Shown here: in pieces, positions 36,117 through 46,270 of the stretch
Layout: each line of letters starts with the position of its first letter
Position numbering within the stretch: the stretch's first letter is position 1
Source: Bryobacterales bacterium
GTDB taxonomy: Bacteria > Acidobacteriota > Terriglobia > Bryobacterales > UBA6623
NCBI GenBank assembly: GCA_965203925.1
Contig: OZ241924.1
Span: 1,152,629-1,216,628, forward strand
Reading direction: 5' to 3'
DNA length: 64,000 nt
Program-made: the position numbers and the translations under genes
The notes under the pieces: generated by a model
The model's input: the letters and a program-made list of their open reading frames with translations, nothing else
Databases searched by the model: none
What the model was told of the DNA's origin: nothing

Positions 36117-37283
36117 ATGCCACGTGCCCGCGGCGCCCTGACGACGCTGCTGGCAATGCTGGCGGCGGTCGGCCACGCCCAAGTAGACCCGCAGCATTCC
36201 TACCGGGGGCGCAGCTCAGTGCGTCTGGCCAGCGAGCTAGTCGAGCTGGTCGTGCTGACGGGGGGCGGATCGATCGCCTCGATCACCGTGGCCGGGGACC
36301 CGCAGGCCTTGAACCCACTCTGGGACTCGCTGCGAGGCGACCGCGAGCAAGGACGCGCCGAGCGTGCCTCGGGCGCCGTCGGCCACTTCGTGTGCGTGGA
36401 CGGATTCGGACCAACCTCGCCGGAGGAAAGTGCGGCAGGTATGCAGGGCCATGGAGAGGCACACCGGCTCGAGTGGTCCACCGAGTTTGCGGGTTCCGAG
36501 GATGACGCTGCCGTCCTTCGCCAGCGAGTCATGTTGCCCCGCGTGCGCGAGCTGCTGCACCGCGAGATTCGCTTGCCCCGCGATGAGAGTGTCATCTACG
36601 TGAAGTCCAGGCTGGAGAGCCTGCTCGATTTTGACCGCCCGGTGAATTGGGCGGAGCACGCCACGATCGGCTCCCCCTTCCTGGAACGGGGCGTGACGGT
36701 AGTCGATATCTCGCCTGGCAGAGCGATGACGAGACCTCGGGACGGAGCCTCCCGGAACGGCCTGATGCACCGCTTGGTCTCGGGCGCCGAATTCGAGTGG
36801 CCGATGGCTCCGGTCCGTTCGGGAGGGTCGGTGGAATTGAGGGCCGCCCCCTTGGAGTCCCACTCGCTTGACCACACAGCGCACCGATTGGACCCGGACG
36901 CCGAGTGGGCCTTCGTCACGGCGCTGCATCCCGGCAAACGCCTGCTGCTCGGCTACGTGTTCCGCCCAACCGAGTTTCCATGGCTCCAGACCTGGGAGCA
37001 CTATCCGCGTGAAGGCCTAATGGCCAGAGGCTTGGAATTCGGCACGCAGGCGTTCGACCTGCCTCGGCGGGAAGTAGTCACGCAGGGCCGCCTCTTCGGC
37101 ACTCTGCTGTACCGCTGGCTGCCGGCGCGGTCCGCGATCGAGGCTGGTTATGCGATGTTCCTCACGGAGACGCCTGAGGGCTTCTCGGGGGTGGATCGGG
37201 TGGAGTGGGATTCTGGCGTCCTGCGCCTCCACGACAATCGATCCGGCCAGCGCATCCAATTGCGCGCCACAGGACAGATCTGA
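36117..37283 (+). CDS. Secreted hypothetical protein (possibly aldose-epimerase-like beta-sandwich)
   Basis: Signal peptide MPRARGALTTLLAMLAAVGHAQ. 388 aa with coding-like composition. The family assignment is tentative. Confidence 0.65.
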   Translation: MPRARGALTTLLAMLAAVGHAQVDPQHSYRGRSSVRLASELVELVVLTGGGSIASITVAGDPQALNPLWDSLRGDREQGRAERASGAVGHFVCVDGFGPTSPEESAAGMQGHGEAHRLEWSTEFAGSEDDAAVLRQRVMLPRVRELLHREIRLPRDESVIYVKSRLESLLDFDRPVNWAEHATIGSPFLERGVTVVDISPGRAMTRPRDGASRNGLMHRLVSGAEFEWPMAPVRSGGSVELRAAPLESHSLDHTAHRLDPDAEWAFVTALHPGKRLLLGYVFRPTEFPWLQTWEHYPREGLMARGLEFGTQAFDLPRREVVTQGRLFGTLLYRWLPARSAIEAGYAMFLTETPEGFSGVDRVEWDSGVLRLHDNRSGQRIQLRATGQI

Positions 37284-37318
37284 GAGCGCGGCTCGATAAG
37301 CGGATATCCAGCGGGGTC

Positions 37319-37564
37319 ATGGCGGAATTCATGTACAACTGCCAGTCCTGTGGCGCCCCGTTGCTGGTGAAGGTGCCCTTCAAGGGACGCCTAGTCTGGA
37401 CAATCGGCGAGACGGAGCCCGAGTTCGGCTCTACATTCCCCGACCTGGCTGGCGACTATGGCAAGGCGAGGCTCGTCTGCTCGGCCGACCCGCTGCATGA
37501 AACTGGATTTCACCTGATCGACGGGAGTGTGGAACGAAATCTGAAATCGAAGGTCTGGGGCTGA
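37319..37564 (+). CDS. Small hypothetical protein
   Basis: 81 aa from ATG 37319 (MAEFMYNCQSCGAPLLVKVPFKG...), with a CxxC at the N-terminus. No family recognised. Confidence 0.3.
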   Translation: MAEFMYNCQSCGAPLLVKVPFKGRLVWTIGETEPEFGSTFPDLAGDYGKARLVCSADPLHETGFHLIDGSVERNLKSKVWG

Positions 37565-37824
37565 TGGACACCAACCCGGTAGGGCGCACCCTTCCCGCGA
37601 AGGGCGGTGACGTATCCGGCCCGGCTCTGCCAATCGGCCACCCCAAGGCGTTGGATGCGGGCTGTCGCGACCCCCGCTGCCGTTGGACATCCCCGTCGAT
37701 GCGATCCGATCAATAAGCAGCGGAGCAACTCTGATTGAGCGCCGTCTAGTCCCTCTGGCGCGGAGTGTGATGTTCTCGGCGAGAATCCGCCGCATCGACG
37801 GTCCGATGTGCGACGCTTGGAGGA

Positions 37825-38394
37825 ATGATGAACTCTAGATTGTCACTGGTCCTAATCGTCGCGCCCGCAATCTGCGCGGGCGCCCCCGACGCTGCCGTGC
37901 AAATCGCATCTAGCGTCCAAGCCGCCCCGGAGGCCCTCCGAGCCGGTGCATCCGTGCTGGGCTATGACGAGTCCGGGGGCGTGGTCGTGCTGCGCGAAGG
38001 CTCCAACCACCTCATCTGCCTTGCCGACAATCCGGCCGATGACGCGTTCTCAGTGGCCTGCTACCACAAGGAGCTGGAGCCGTTCATGGCACGCGGCCGT
38101 GAACTCTCCAAGGAGGGATACAAGGGCCGGGAACGTCACGAGATTCGGTGGAAGGACGTAGACGAGGGACGAGTCCCGATGCCGAAGGCGGGCCGCATGC
38201 TGTATGTGTTGACGGGCAAGGGATTCGACGCGGAGCGGGCGGAAGTGGTGGATCCATACCTCAGATGGGTGATCTACCTGCCGTATGCGACGCCTGAGTC
38301 GACCGGGATTACTGCCGAGCCCGGCAACACGCCGTGGTTGATGTATTCCGGAAAGGCCGGTGCGCACGTCATGATCAGCCCGCCCAAGGACTGA
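37825..38394 (+). CDS. Secreted hypothetical protein
   Basis: Signal peptide MMNSRLSLVLIVAPAICAGA. 189 aa with coding-like composition. Confidence 0.6.
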   Translation: MMNSRLSLVLIVAPAICAGAPDAAVQIASSVQAAPEALRAGASVLGYDESGGVVVLREGSNHLICLADNPADDAFSVACYHKELEPFMARGRELSKEGYKGRERHEIRWKDVDEGRVPMPKAGRMLYVLTGKGFDAERAEVVDPYLRWVIYLPYATPESTGITAEPGNTPWLMYSGKAGAHVMISPPKD

Positions 38395-38484
38395 CCAAGC
38401 CTTACGGAGCGCTATCCGAGGCTCCGACCGTCACGCGGGGCCGCACGCTGCCTGGGCCACACATCTAGGGCCCCCGGCCAGCTT

Positions 38485-38688
38485 GTGAGCCAGCAATGTG
38501 CGTCCGGTCCGCACCGAGAGGATCGAGCAAATGCTCCACGCCCTGTACGCTGCAAGCGGCTGCAAGATCCCACCTACCGGCTACACCCGCTGAGGGGGTC
38601 GCCGGGGCCAGGGTCCGTTCGCGTGTTCCGCGCCGAAGGCGAAGATGTGTTTGACGTAGACCTCATCGACTACCACCAGGAGGTACTC
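38485..38688 (+). pseudogene. higB: higB (RelE/ParE-superfamily toxin) remnant
   Basis: C-terminal signature RVFRAEGEDVFDVDLIDYH lies in frame directly before higA. The upstream pieces (RIEQMLHALYAAS..., RLHPLRG) are in different frames and lack the central block. Confidence 0.45.
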
Positions 38689-39036
38689 ATGGACAAGAGC
38701 AGAGAGAACGTCCCCTATGACTCTTGGTCGCGGCGCAACCCGTCGCATCCGGGGCGGCACATCTACCACGGCTGCATGGAAGCGGTCGAGGGTGTCTACG
38801 AAGGCGTCAGCGTGACCGAGGCTGCACGGAAGCTGGGCGTGTCGCGAGTCACGCTGTCGCGGGTGCTGAATGGGAAAGCGGCCATATCTGTGTCGCTGGC
38901 CCTCAAGCTCGAAGCAGCGGGCTGGGGCAAGGCGGACGTTTGGATGAGACGGCAGGCTAGGTATGACCTAGCGCGAGAGAGGAACCGCCTGAGGCAGTGG
39001 CCCGAAGAACCCGCGCTTGAATCCGAGGCTGCCTGA
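38689..39036 (+). CDS. higA: HigA-family antitoxin (XRE HTH)
   Basis: ATG 38689 follows AGGAGG. VSVTEAARKLGVSRVTLSRVLNGKAAISVSLALKLEAAGWG is the HigA-type HTH. Confidence 0.85.
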   Translation: MDKSRENVPYDSWSRRNPSHPGRHIYHGCMEAVEGVYEGVSVTEAARKLGVSRVTLSRVLNGKAAISVSLALKLEAAGWGKADVWMRRQARYDLARERNRLRQWPEEPALESEAA

Positions 39037-39496
39037 GGCACCTGTGGAGATGGCTCACTATAGAGGGTCTTCGGTTTCTGGCTGACGCCATCCCTACGCT
39101 CTCGATGAATTGGCCAGACACCCTTCAATCGCGCTATCCGCCGGCGGGCGATGGTGGCAGGGACGGGCTGAAGCCAATCAGCGTCCTAATCCGCTCGGGT
39201 TGGAAGTTGATTAGGCGTGCCGTTGCTACCACCGCAGGAGAGCACAATGGCGTCGCTCCGGCGTGAGCCTGATAGATGCGATCCGACAGCGCCTAGGCCC
39301 GAAGGGCCCTCAGCCCGCTGGAGCGCCGAGAAACCGCGTTCTCGGGGCAGCGCTGTCACCTGAATCGACGGCGAACAGCGCCTGCTGCTGTTGCGCGGGA
39401 GAAGCCTGCAATTGTCATCCGGCCACGACGACCGGCCCGGTCTGCAGAGACATGTGCAGTATGCCGCGTCCCGTGAGTGGACCCGTCGCGTCCGCG

Positions 39497-41167
39497 TCAG
39501 TCCCCTGAGGTGGCCAGCGCCCCGGGCGTGTCGCGGCGGAAGCGCAGGACCGCCTCCACCAGCAGCCAAATGCTCAGGACGAAGATTGACGCGGAAACGA
39601 TGCCGAGCAATACTTGCTGGCTCGCCCAGTACTCCCGGATGTTGATCACCATCGCAACGATCGTCACGGTCATCATGAATGCCATGGGCGCCAACGTGTA
39701 GACGTAGTTTCGCCCCTTCTGGCGCAGGTAGATCGTCACGGCCAGCAAGGTCAGTGCGCCCAGAATCTGGTTCGTGCTGCCAAACAGGCTCCAGAGGGCC
39801 AACCCGACCGGCTGCCCTTCGACCTCGTAGAACGCGAAGAACCCGATCAGGACGACGGCTATGGTCGAGGCAACATACCGCTGGCCAAGGGCGCGGAACC
39901 CAATTGAGTTTGCGATCTCTTCAAGGTTGTAGCGCAGCAGGCGCGTACCGGAATCGAGGGAAGTAAGCGCGAAGGAGACTGCGACCAGGGCGATGAACGC
40001 TTGGGCCAGCTCCATCGGGATCCCCAATGAACTGAGGAACATGGCCGTCCCGTCAATGAACGCCTTCATCTTCTCTGCGAGTCCGTTCGCCGTGCTCCAG
40101 CTGGAATAATGCTCCGCCCAGCTCTCGGCAGAGCGGAATCCGGCCGTGCAGGCCAAGACCGCAAGCAATCCCAGCAGGGATTCCCCAACCATCCCTCCAT
40201 AGCCGATGGGCAGCGCGTCGGTCTCCTTGTCTATCTGCTTCGAGGTCGTGCCGGAAGACACCAGCCCGTGGAAGCCCGAGATCGCGCCGCAGGCGATCAC
40301 GATGAACACGAACGGAAAAATGGGCGGCGCGTCCAGCGGCTGCGTGTCCAGCGCTGGCGCAGCGAAGGCCGGCCGCAGGACGAACAGCCCGACATACGAC
40401 GTTCCCAACCCGAGGTACAGCAGCCAAGAGTTCAGGTAATCGCGCGGCTGCAACAGCGACCAGACGGGAAGTGTTGAGGCCGCAAAGGCGTACGCCAGCA
40501 GGATCAGGATCCAGACCTCGCCGGTCAGGTCGGGCCGCCCGATCGCGAGCCCGATGCCAATGGACGCGAGCATCAAGACGAATCCGACCACCGTCAGCCG
40601 CACGATGGACATTCCCCGCTTGTAGGCGAGCCAGCCCATGACCATGGCAATGACCATCAAGGTGAATGTCGGGAACACGGACTCGGGATAGAAGTCGACC
40701 GTGAAGAGCCCCGAGACGGTGCGCACGAACACGCCCATCACCAGACAGATCAGGAAGAGGATGATCATGAGGAAGATCCCCTTTGCGCGCCGCCCGATCA
40801 GGTCTTCCGCAACTTTGCCGATGCTCATGCCGCGGTGACGCATCGAGATCACCAGCGCTCCGAAGTCATGCACGGCCCCGATGAACAGCGTGCCGAGAAC
40901 GACCCACAGCATGCCGGGAAGCCAGCCCCAGATGACCGCGATCGCAGGGCCAAGCATGGGGGCTAGGCCCGCGATGGAAGCGTAGTGGTGCCCGAACAGC
41001 ACCATGCGGCGGCACGGAACGTAGTCGACGCCGTCATTGAGGGCGTGCGCCGGCGTCGTGGCGGTGGGATCCAGACGGAAGATCCGCGATCCCAAGTGCC
41101 GGGCATAGAACCTGTAGACGACGAAGTAGGCGATGAAGCAGCACACCGCTGCGAGGGCTGGTTGCAT
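39497..41167 (-). CDS. cstA: Carbon starvation protein A
   Basis: Polytopic membrane protein. [48 protein letters not shown] blocks. Start chosen at MQPALAAV (ATG 41167). Confidence 0.95.
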   Translation of the reverse strand: MQPALAAVCCFIAYFVVYRFYARHLGSRIFRLDPTATTPAHALNDGVDYVPCRRMVLFGHHYASIAGLAPMLGPAIAVIWGWLPGMLWVVLGTLFIGAVHDFGALVISMRHRGMSIGKVAEDLIGRRAKGIFLMIILFLICLVMGVFVRTVSGLFTVDFYPESVFPTFTLMVIAMVMGWLAYKRGMSIVRLTVVGFVLMLASIGIGLAIGRPDLTGEVWILILLAYAFAASTLPVWSLLQPRDYLNSWLLYLGLGTSYVGLFVLRPAFAAPALDTQPLDAPPIFPFVFIVIACGAISGFHGLVSSGTTSKQIDKETDALPIGYGGMVGESLLGLLAVLACTAGFRSAESWAEHYSSWSTANGLAEKMKAFIDGTAMFLSSLGIPMELAQAFIALVAVSFALTSLDSGTRLLRYNLEEIANSIGFRALGQRYVASTIAVVLIGFFAFYEVEGQPVGLALWSLFGSTNQILGALTLLAVTIYLRQKGRNYVYTLAPMAFMMTVTIVAMVINIREYWASQQVLLGIVSASIFVLSIWLLVEAVLRFRRDTPGALATSGD

Positions 41168-41322
41168 GGAGAGAGTCCGAATTCCCGTGTAGGGCACTGG
41201 TATCATAGCGCCGCCGTAGAGGAGCAATTCGGAGCCTCTCTGTGAGGACCGGACGGCGTTCGTACACGAAGCGCCCATTTCGGCCGTCCTATTTGGCAGA
41301 AGGTGGAGACTTGTTGCTTAGA

Positions 41323-41805
41323 ATGAGGTTCGGGCGATCGGACGTGCGCAAGCGCAGGAACAGGGGATTCTCGCTGATCGAGCTCCTGATCGTCATTGCG
41401 ATCATCCTGATCATCAGCGCCATCGCGATCCCGCGCATCACCAGCACCAAGCGCATGGCGAATGAAGTAGCCGCGATCCGGGCTTGCCAAGCGATCAACA
41501 CCGCCCAGATTCAGTACTTTGCGCAGTTCGGCCGGTACGCTTCAACGCTGTCGGAACTCGGCCCGCCGGCGGTCGGGGCCCAACCCACGCCGGACGCCTC
41601 CGCGCTGATGGACGAGAACTTGGTGGACGGCATCCATCTTGGCTATGCGTTCTCGATGATCGGCACGCCCGCCGGCTACTCGCTCAATGCAGATCCGCAG
41701 TCGCCGGACAGCGGCACCCGCACGTTCTACACCGACCACAGCACGACGGTCCGCCACCGCTACGGGGGCGAGCCAGCCGGGGAGACCGACCCGCCAATCG
41801 AGTAG
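41323..41805 (+). CDS. Prepilin-type N-terminal cleavage/methylation domain protein (type IV pilin/pseudopilin-like)
   Basis: RNRGFSLIELLIVIAIILIISAIAIP class III signal and hydrophobic helix. 160 aa from ATG 41323. Confidence 0.8.
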   Translation: MRFGRSDVRKRRNRGFSLIELLIVIAIILIISAIAIPRITSTKRMANEVAAIRACQAINTAQIQYFAQFGRYASTLSELGPPAVGAQPTPDASALMDENLVDGIHLGYAFSMIGTPAGYSLNADPQSPDSGTRTFYTDHSTTVRHRYGGEPAGETDPPIE

Positions 41806-41857
41806 CGAGCGGGGCGGTGACGCGCCCCGAAGCCGTCGGCAAAGGGCGTCGATCAGC

Positions 41858-43156
41858 ATGCACGCCACACCTGAAGGGAGCCCTGCGCATGAGGAAGCGT
41901 GCGCAGGAGTCGTGGGTTTGGGCCACGCGGGCCTTCCCCTGGCGATGGAGATGGCCCTCTCCGGGTGCCGGGTAACGGGGATCGACACAGATCCGGCCAG
42001 AGTCGGCGAGATCAATGCCGGCCGGTCGACCGTGGCGGACGTCGATGAGCGTACGCTTGCGCATCTGGTGCGGTCCGGCCGCCTCCAGGCGGGCCGGGAT
42101 TACGCATCCCTGGAGTCCTGCGAAGCGGTCTCGATCTGTGTCCCGACCCCACTCCGCAAGACTCGGGACCCCGACCTGACGCACGTCTTGGAGGCCGTGC
42201 GGGCGTTCGCCCCGCACTTGCGGGCCAACATGCTGGTCGTGCTGGAGTCCACGACCTATCCCGGAACTACGGAGGAATGCGTACTGCCCGCGCTGGAGTT
42301 GTCCGGCCTGCGGGCGGGCTCGGATTTCCACCTCTGCTACTCGCCCGAGCGGGTCGATCCCGGCAACCGCGAGTTCTGCACTAGGAACATCCCCAAGATC
42401 ATCGGTGGGGTCACGCCGAGATGTCTTGAGGCGGGCATGGCATTCTACGGAAAGTTCATCGAGACCCTCGTCCCTGTCAGCTCCACGCTGGCCGCGGAGA
42501 CCGCGAAACTGCTCGAGAACACGTTTCGGATGGTCAACATCGCACTGGCGAACGAGACCGCCGTGCTTTGCGACCGCATGCGGATCGACGTCTGGGAGGT
42601 CATCGAGGCCGCGGCCAGCAAGCCGTTCGGCTTCATGCCGTTCTACCCGGGCCCTGGGCTTGGAGGCCACTGCGTTCCGGTAGACCCCCACTTCCTGTCT
42701 TGGAAGGCGCGCCAAGCGGGCTACGAGCCCCAGCTGATCCGCCTCGCCTCCGAGATCAACGGCGCCATGCCTCGACACGTGGTCGAGAAGGTGCAGGCTG
42801 CCCTCAATGATTCGGGAAAGCCCACCAAAGGCAGCCGGGTCCACCTTGTCGGAGTGGCGTACAAGCGCAACGTCGCCGACACTCGCGAATCGCCTGCTCT
42901 CGACATAGCCGCACTGCTGGCTCGGCGGGGAGCACGCCTGTCCTATAGCGACCCTTACGTCCCATCCATTCGAGCGGGCGCACTCCAGCTGCAGCGTGCA
43001 CCCCTCGACGAGGCCGCGCGAAGCTGCGACATCGCCGTCATTCTTGCCGACCATGACGGTGTCGATTACGCGGCCTTGCTGCGGGTCGCACCGATGGTCT
43101 TGGACACGCGGAACGCGCTCGCGGGAGCCACCGCTCCGAACCTGCTCCGCCTCTGA
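41858..43156 (+). CDS. Nucleotide-sugar dehydrogenase (UDP-N-acetyl-hexosamine dehydrogenase-like)
   Basis: VVGLGHAGLPLAMEMA Rossmann motif. GGHCVPVDP catalytic Cys block. 432 aa from ATG 41858. Confidence 0.9.
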   Translation: MHATPEGSPAHEEACAGVVGLGHAGLPLAMEMALSGCRVTGIDTDPARVGEINAGRSTVADVDERTLAHLVRSGRLQAGRDYASLESCEAVSICVPTPLRKTRDPDLTHVLEAVRAFAPHLRANMLVVLESTTYPGTTEECVLPALELSGLRAGSDFHLCYSPERVDPGNREFCTRNIPKIIGGVTPRCLEAGMAFYGKFIETLVPVSSTLAAETAKLLENTFRMVNIALANETAVLCDRMRIDVWEVIEAAASKPFGFMPFYPGPGLGGHCVPVDPHFLSWKARQAGYEPQLIRLASEINGAMPRHVVEKVQAALNDSGKPTKGSRVHLVGVAYKRNVADTRESPALDIAALLARRGARLSYSDPYVPSIRAGALQLQRAPLDEAARSCDIAVILADHDGVDYAALLRVAPMVLDTRNALAGATAPNLLRL

Positions 43157-43167
43157 GGCCCATTTCA

Positions 43168-44145
43168 GTGTCCCGCTTTCTTGTCACAGGCGCGGCGGGC
43201 TTCATCGGCCACTGGCTCGTGCGCCGGCTCCTCCAAGAGGGGGCCCGCGTCGTGGGCGTGGACAACCTCAATTCGGCCTATGACCCCCGAATCAAGCGCT
43301 GGCGGTTGGCCCGGCTTGCGACAAGCTCGCGGTTCCAGTTCCACGCGACCGACGTAACGGACAGCCGGGCGCTGCGCGAAGTGTTCGCGGGTCGCAAGTA
43401 CGACGCGGTCTTCCACTTGGCCGCCCGTGCCGGCGCGCCCCAGAGCGTCCGGGAGCCTGGACGCTACGTCGTGGCCAATGCGATGGGCACACAGCGCGTG
43501 ATGGAGGCCTGCTCCGCTCACGGCGTCCCCAAGCTGGTGCTCGCTTCAACATCCAGCGTGTACGGGAAGGCCGGCAGCCTTCCCATTGCCGAAGACGCCC
43601 CTGCCGATCGGCCCCTGTCGCCCTACGCGGCATCCAAGCGGGCCGCGGAGGTCCTTGCGCACGCCCACCACCACCTCCACGGCCTGGACATCACGGTGCT
43701 GCGCTACTTCACGGTTTACGGGCCCGCGGGCCGGCCGGATATGAGCCTGTTCCGCTTCATCCGCTGGATCCGGGAGGGTGAGCCGATCGTGCTGCGGGGA
43801 GACGGACACCAGTCCCGGGACTTCACTTACGTGGCCGACATCGTCGAGGGCACGCTCGCCGCGGCGGTGCCGCTCGGATGCGAGATTGTCAACCTCGGCT
43901 CGGATTCCCCGGTCCGGCTGTGCGAAGCGCTGCGCCTGATCGAAACCTGCCTAGGGCGCGAGGCGAGGGTGGAGCGGGCCAAGGTCCCACGGGTCGACGT
44001 GCGGGCGACTTGGGCCGACACCCGCAAGGCTCGCCGCCTGCTGGGATGGCGCCCAGAGACCAGTCTGACCCAGGGAATCGAGCGGACGGTCCGCTGGTAC
44101 GAGGAGAACCGCTCTTGGGCGCGGGACCTGATCCTGCCGGAATAG
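43168..44145 (+). CDS. NAD-dependent epimerase/dehydratase (SDR, UDP-glucuronate 4-epimerase-like)
   Basis: VTGAAGFIGHWL (GxxGxxG) and SPYAASKRAAE (YxxxK). 325 aa. Confidence 0.9.
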   Translation: MSRFLVTGAAGFIGHWLVRRLLQEGARVVGVDNLNSAYDPRIKRWRLARLATSSRFQFHATDVTDSRALREVFAGRKYDAVFHLAARAGAPQSVREPGRYVVANAMGTQRVMEACSAHGVPKLVLASTSSVYGKAGSLPIAEDAPADRPLSPYAASKRAAEVLAHAHHHLHGLDITVLRYFTVYGPAGRPDMSLFRFIRWIREGEPIVLRGDGHQSRDFTYVADIVEGTLAAAVPLGCEIVNLGSDSPVRLCEALRLIETCLGREARVERAKVPRVDVRATWADTRKARRLLGWRPETSLTQGIERTVRWYEENRSWARDLILPE

Positions 44146-44318
44146 CCCGCGGGACAGCCCAGTCGAGCTAGCTCCTAACCGGGACGGATCTTGTAGAGGG
44201 ACCGCGGTAAGTCTTAGCGTAAGACCGCTTGTCTCGGGACTCCTCGGGTGGGGCTGTCGTTCCGTCCGCCGCAAACCCGCCTCCAAGCGGTCCCGGATGC
44301 TCCAGTCCATGCCTCGCT

Positions 44319-44885
44319 TCACAACGTGGGGCAGAGCTGCTCGCCAATTGGGGGGCATGTCCGGTCTGGTGACCTTGACGCCAATTCGAGATCTGCTTGT
44401 CGACTTGCTCTCGACCCGAGACGTCGGGCCGGCCCGCACCGTCGGTTCCTGAAGCTGGACGAGGCCCGTGAGCGGCCGGTCTCGAAGTGTACACGCTCGC
44501 CTACGGCACCAATGAGCTGCGCCGGGGGAAGTGGCCGTCTCGTCGCGCGAGCCTGTGTACTGAGTTTCGACACCACTGGGCGTGTCCGCGCACGCCCTCG
44601 ACCAAGAGCGACGCGTGCATCAGCGAATCGTTGCGAAATCAACATATCAAGCGTCCTCGTGACTCCATTGGTGTCCAAGAGGGCTTGCCGTGTCCTATCC
44701 GAACTGCCGCGATCGGCGCAGCGGACCACGGCCAGTATTTTCATGAGTCGGTCTCCAGAGAGGGGGTCTAGGGGCTTACCGCTCGGCCAAAGCAGGATCC
44801 TGCGACGCGAGACCTCGAATACTTCCCCTAGTTCCCCCCACGTCAGGCCGGCAATTCTACGTAACTCAGAAACGCCCTTCGTCAC
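44319..44885 (-). CDS. HTH / antitoxin-like protein (Xre-MbcA/ParS-like N-terminal half; C-terminal part doubtful)
   Basis: LTWGELGEVFEVSRRRILLWPSGKPLDPLSGDRLMKILAVV...ALLDTNGVTRTLDMLI resembles HTH plus DUF2384-type antitoxins. The last ~80 aa are Arg/Ser-rich and may not be genuine. Confidence 0.35.
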   Translation of the reverse strand: MTKGVSELRRIAGLTWGELGEVFEVSRRRILLWPSGKPLDPLSGDRLMKILAVVRCADRGSSDRTRQALLDTNGVTRTLDMLISQRFADARVALGRGRARTRPVVSKLSTQARATRRPLPPAQLIGAVGERVHFETGRSRASSSFRNRRCGPARRLGSRASRQADLELASRSPDRTCPPIGEQLCPTL

Positions 44886-45914
44886 CGCCTCGGGATCGCG
44901 CTCGGGACGGTCCTCGACGTCAGCCCGCCTTGGTCCCGATCCAGTGGGCGCCCTCCGAACAACGGGACTATTCCCATTCTCTTATCGTGCATACGGCAGA
45001 TGTACCGGGGACTGACAACGGGCTCAAGGCTAAGGGGATTGGCGTTGGGGGCGATCACGGGGAGTCTTGATGCAGACATACTTCGCTTGGAGACTCAGAG
45101 TTCTCCTCCGTACCGCTGCAGGAACTCGTCTGTGTCTGCCCAGCGGATGATGCTGTAGATGCGTTCGGCAAGACCTCGCGCTTGATCGACGATTTGGTCG
45201 ACGTTGAATCATGGCTTGCCGCTGGCCCTGCTCGCGCCAGGCGAGACGTATCCGCATCGAAGAGCCATTTCGCGTCAAGGGTCAATGGTAGTTCTTACAG
45301 GGAAGAGACCTCAGCGAAGCATCATCTGGCCTTAGCCGTCATGCAGGATGAACAAGTTCTCAGAGATTGCACGTTGCGCCGGGGGGCGAGCGGTGAACCC
45401 AAGACACCTGCCACCTCGGGACGCATGACAGTTGGGATGTCTCGCAGATTCGGTCCAGACACGCGGTCGATGTATTGCACCCCGAGTCGGTCCACGATGC
45501 ATCCTCTGAAACACTTCCCGGGACGGATCCACTCCCACCGTCTTGCCGACGCGGGCTGCTGTTGCGGAGTTTTGCTGCCGTGGGATGCCGGTTGTGAGCG
45601 AGGCGGGTCGTGCCGCGCTCGGGAGCAGCCCCAGAACCTGGCCCAAGGCAAGCGGTCGCCGACCCGACCGTCGCCCAACTCAATGGATATCGGCACGATG
45701 GCGAGTGCTGGCCTGAGCATACGTTCTTGATCCGGGGGGCGACGCCTGCGCCCTCATGGCCGTTCCCCTGGAATGCTCCTTGAGGCAGGAGCGTCGCGAG
45801 GTGGGTCATTCTCGCGTACGCGCGGGACTACATTAGACGACGTTTACGCACACCGATAGCGTTGCCGCGGAGCGGCAAGGTTGCTTGCCGATACCGACAG
45901 GATGACTCGCCCTA

Positions 45915-46178
45915 TCACAGTTCGCTGACAACCCGGGCAGCCCCGATCTGTGGCCCTGTGATACCGTCGGCCGGTCCGTTGGGGTTGCTAGGCGCTCTCC
46001 CTTTCGCCTGCATGATCAGTTCCTCCAGATACTCATCCTTGTCCAGCATGCGCAACCAGCGTGGCCCGTTGCAGCCGACCATCAGTCCTTCGTAGTCGAT
46101 GGCCGGATCGTAGAATGCCCGCCGGTCGCACAGCACCGAATGAATGACATGCAGAATCTTTGAGGTCCAACTGTCCAC
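45915..46178 (-). CDS. Small hypothetical protein (GTG start)
   Basis: 87 aa (VDSWTSKILHVIHSVLCDRRAFYDPAIDYEGLMVG...). Divergent from hicA. No family recognised. Confidence 0.3.
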   Translation of the reverse strand: MDSWTSKILHVIHSVLCDRRAFYDPAIDYEGLMVGCNGPRWLRMLDKDEYLEELIMQAKGRAPSNPNGPADGITGPQIGAARVVSEL

Positions 46179-46237
46179 GATTTCGATTTCGATTTCACTC
46201 CAATGTGGGCACTCCCCGACCTGCGCGAGGAGGTTGA

Positions 46238-46257
46238 TTGTGTATAGTGATACACAA
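46238..46257. promoter_or_regulatory. 20-bp palindrome TTGTGTAT-AGTG-ATACACAA upstream of hicA (candidate HicB operator)
   Basis: Perfect 8-bp arms read directly from the sequence. It lies 14 nt upstream of the proposed hicA GTG (46271). HicB here has a C-terminal RHH-like tail (RMTRSAFLATAARNE). Confidence 0.4.
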
Positions 46258-46270
46258 TAGCAAGCAGGCT

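Noticed and set aside
39180-39496. Expected small ybdD/yjiX (DUF466) gene downstream of cstA
   Set aside because: No minus-strand frame gives the characteristic ~65-aa product ending in ...CC. Only very short ORFs are present (for example MTIAGFSRATAAGAVRRRFR).
41684-43054. 456-aa minus-strand ORF
   Set aside because: It is antisense to the well-supported nucleotide-sugar dehydrogenase gene. The same applies to other long antisense or alternate-frame ORFs: 21372-22370, 24005-24961, 49958-51364, 56498-57349, 59119-60231 and 60734-61798.
43951-44318. RES or other toxin gene downstream of the antitoxin-like ORF 44319-44885
   Set aside because: Only about 170 bp separate it from the epimerase 3' end. 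The overlapping minus-strand ORFs (43951-44439 and 44168-44494) are compositionally non-protein-like.
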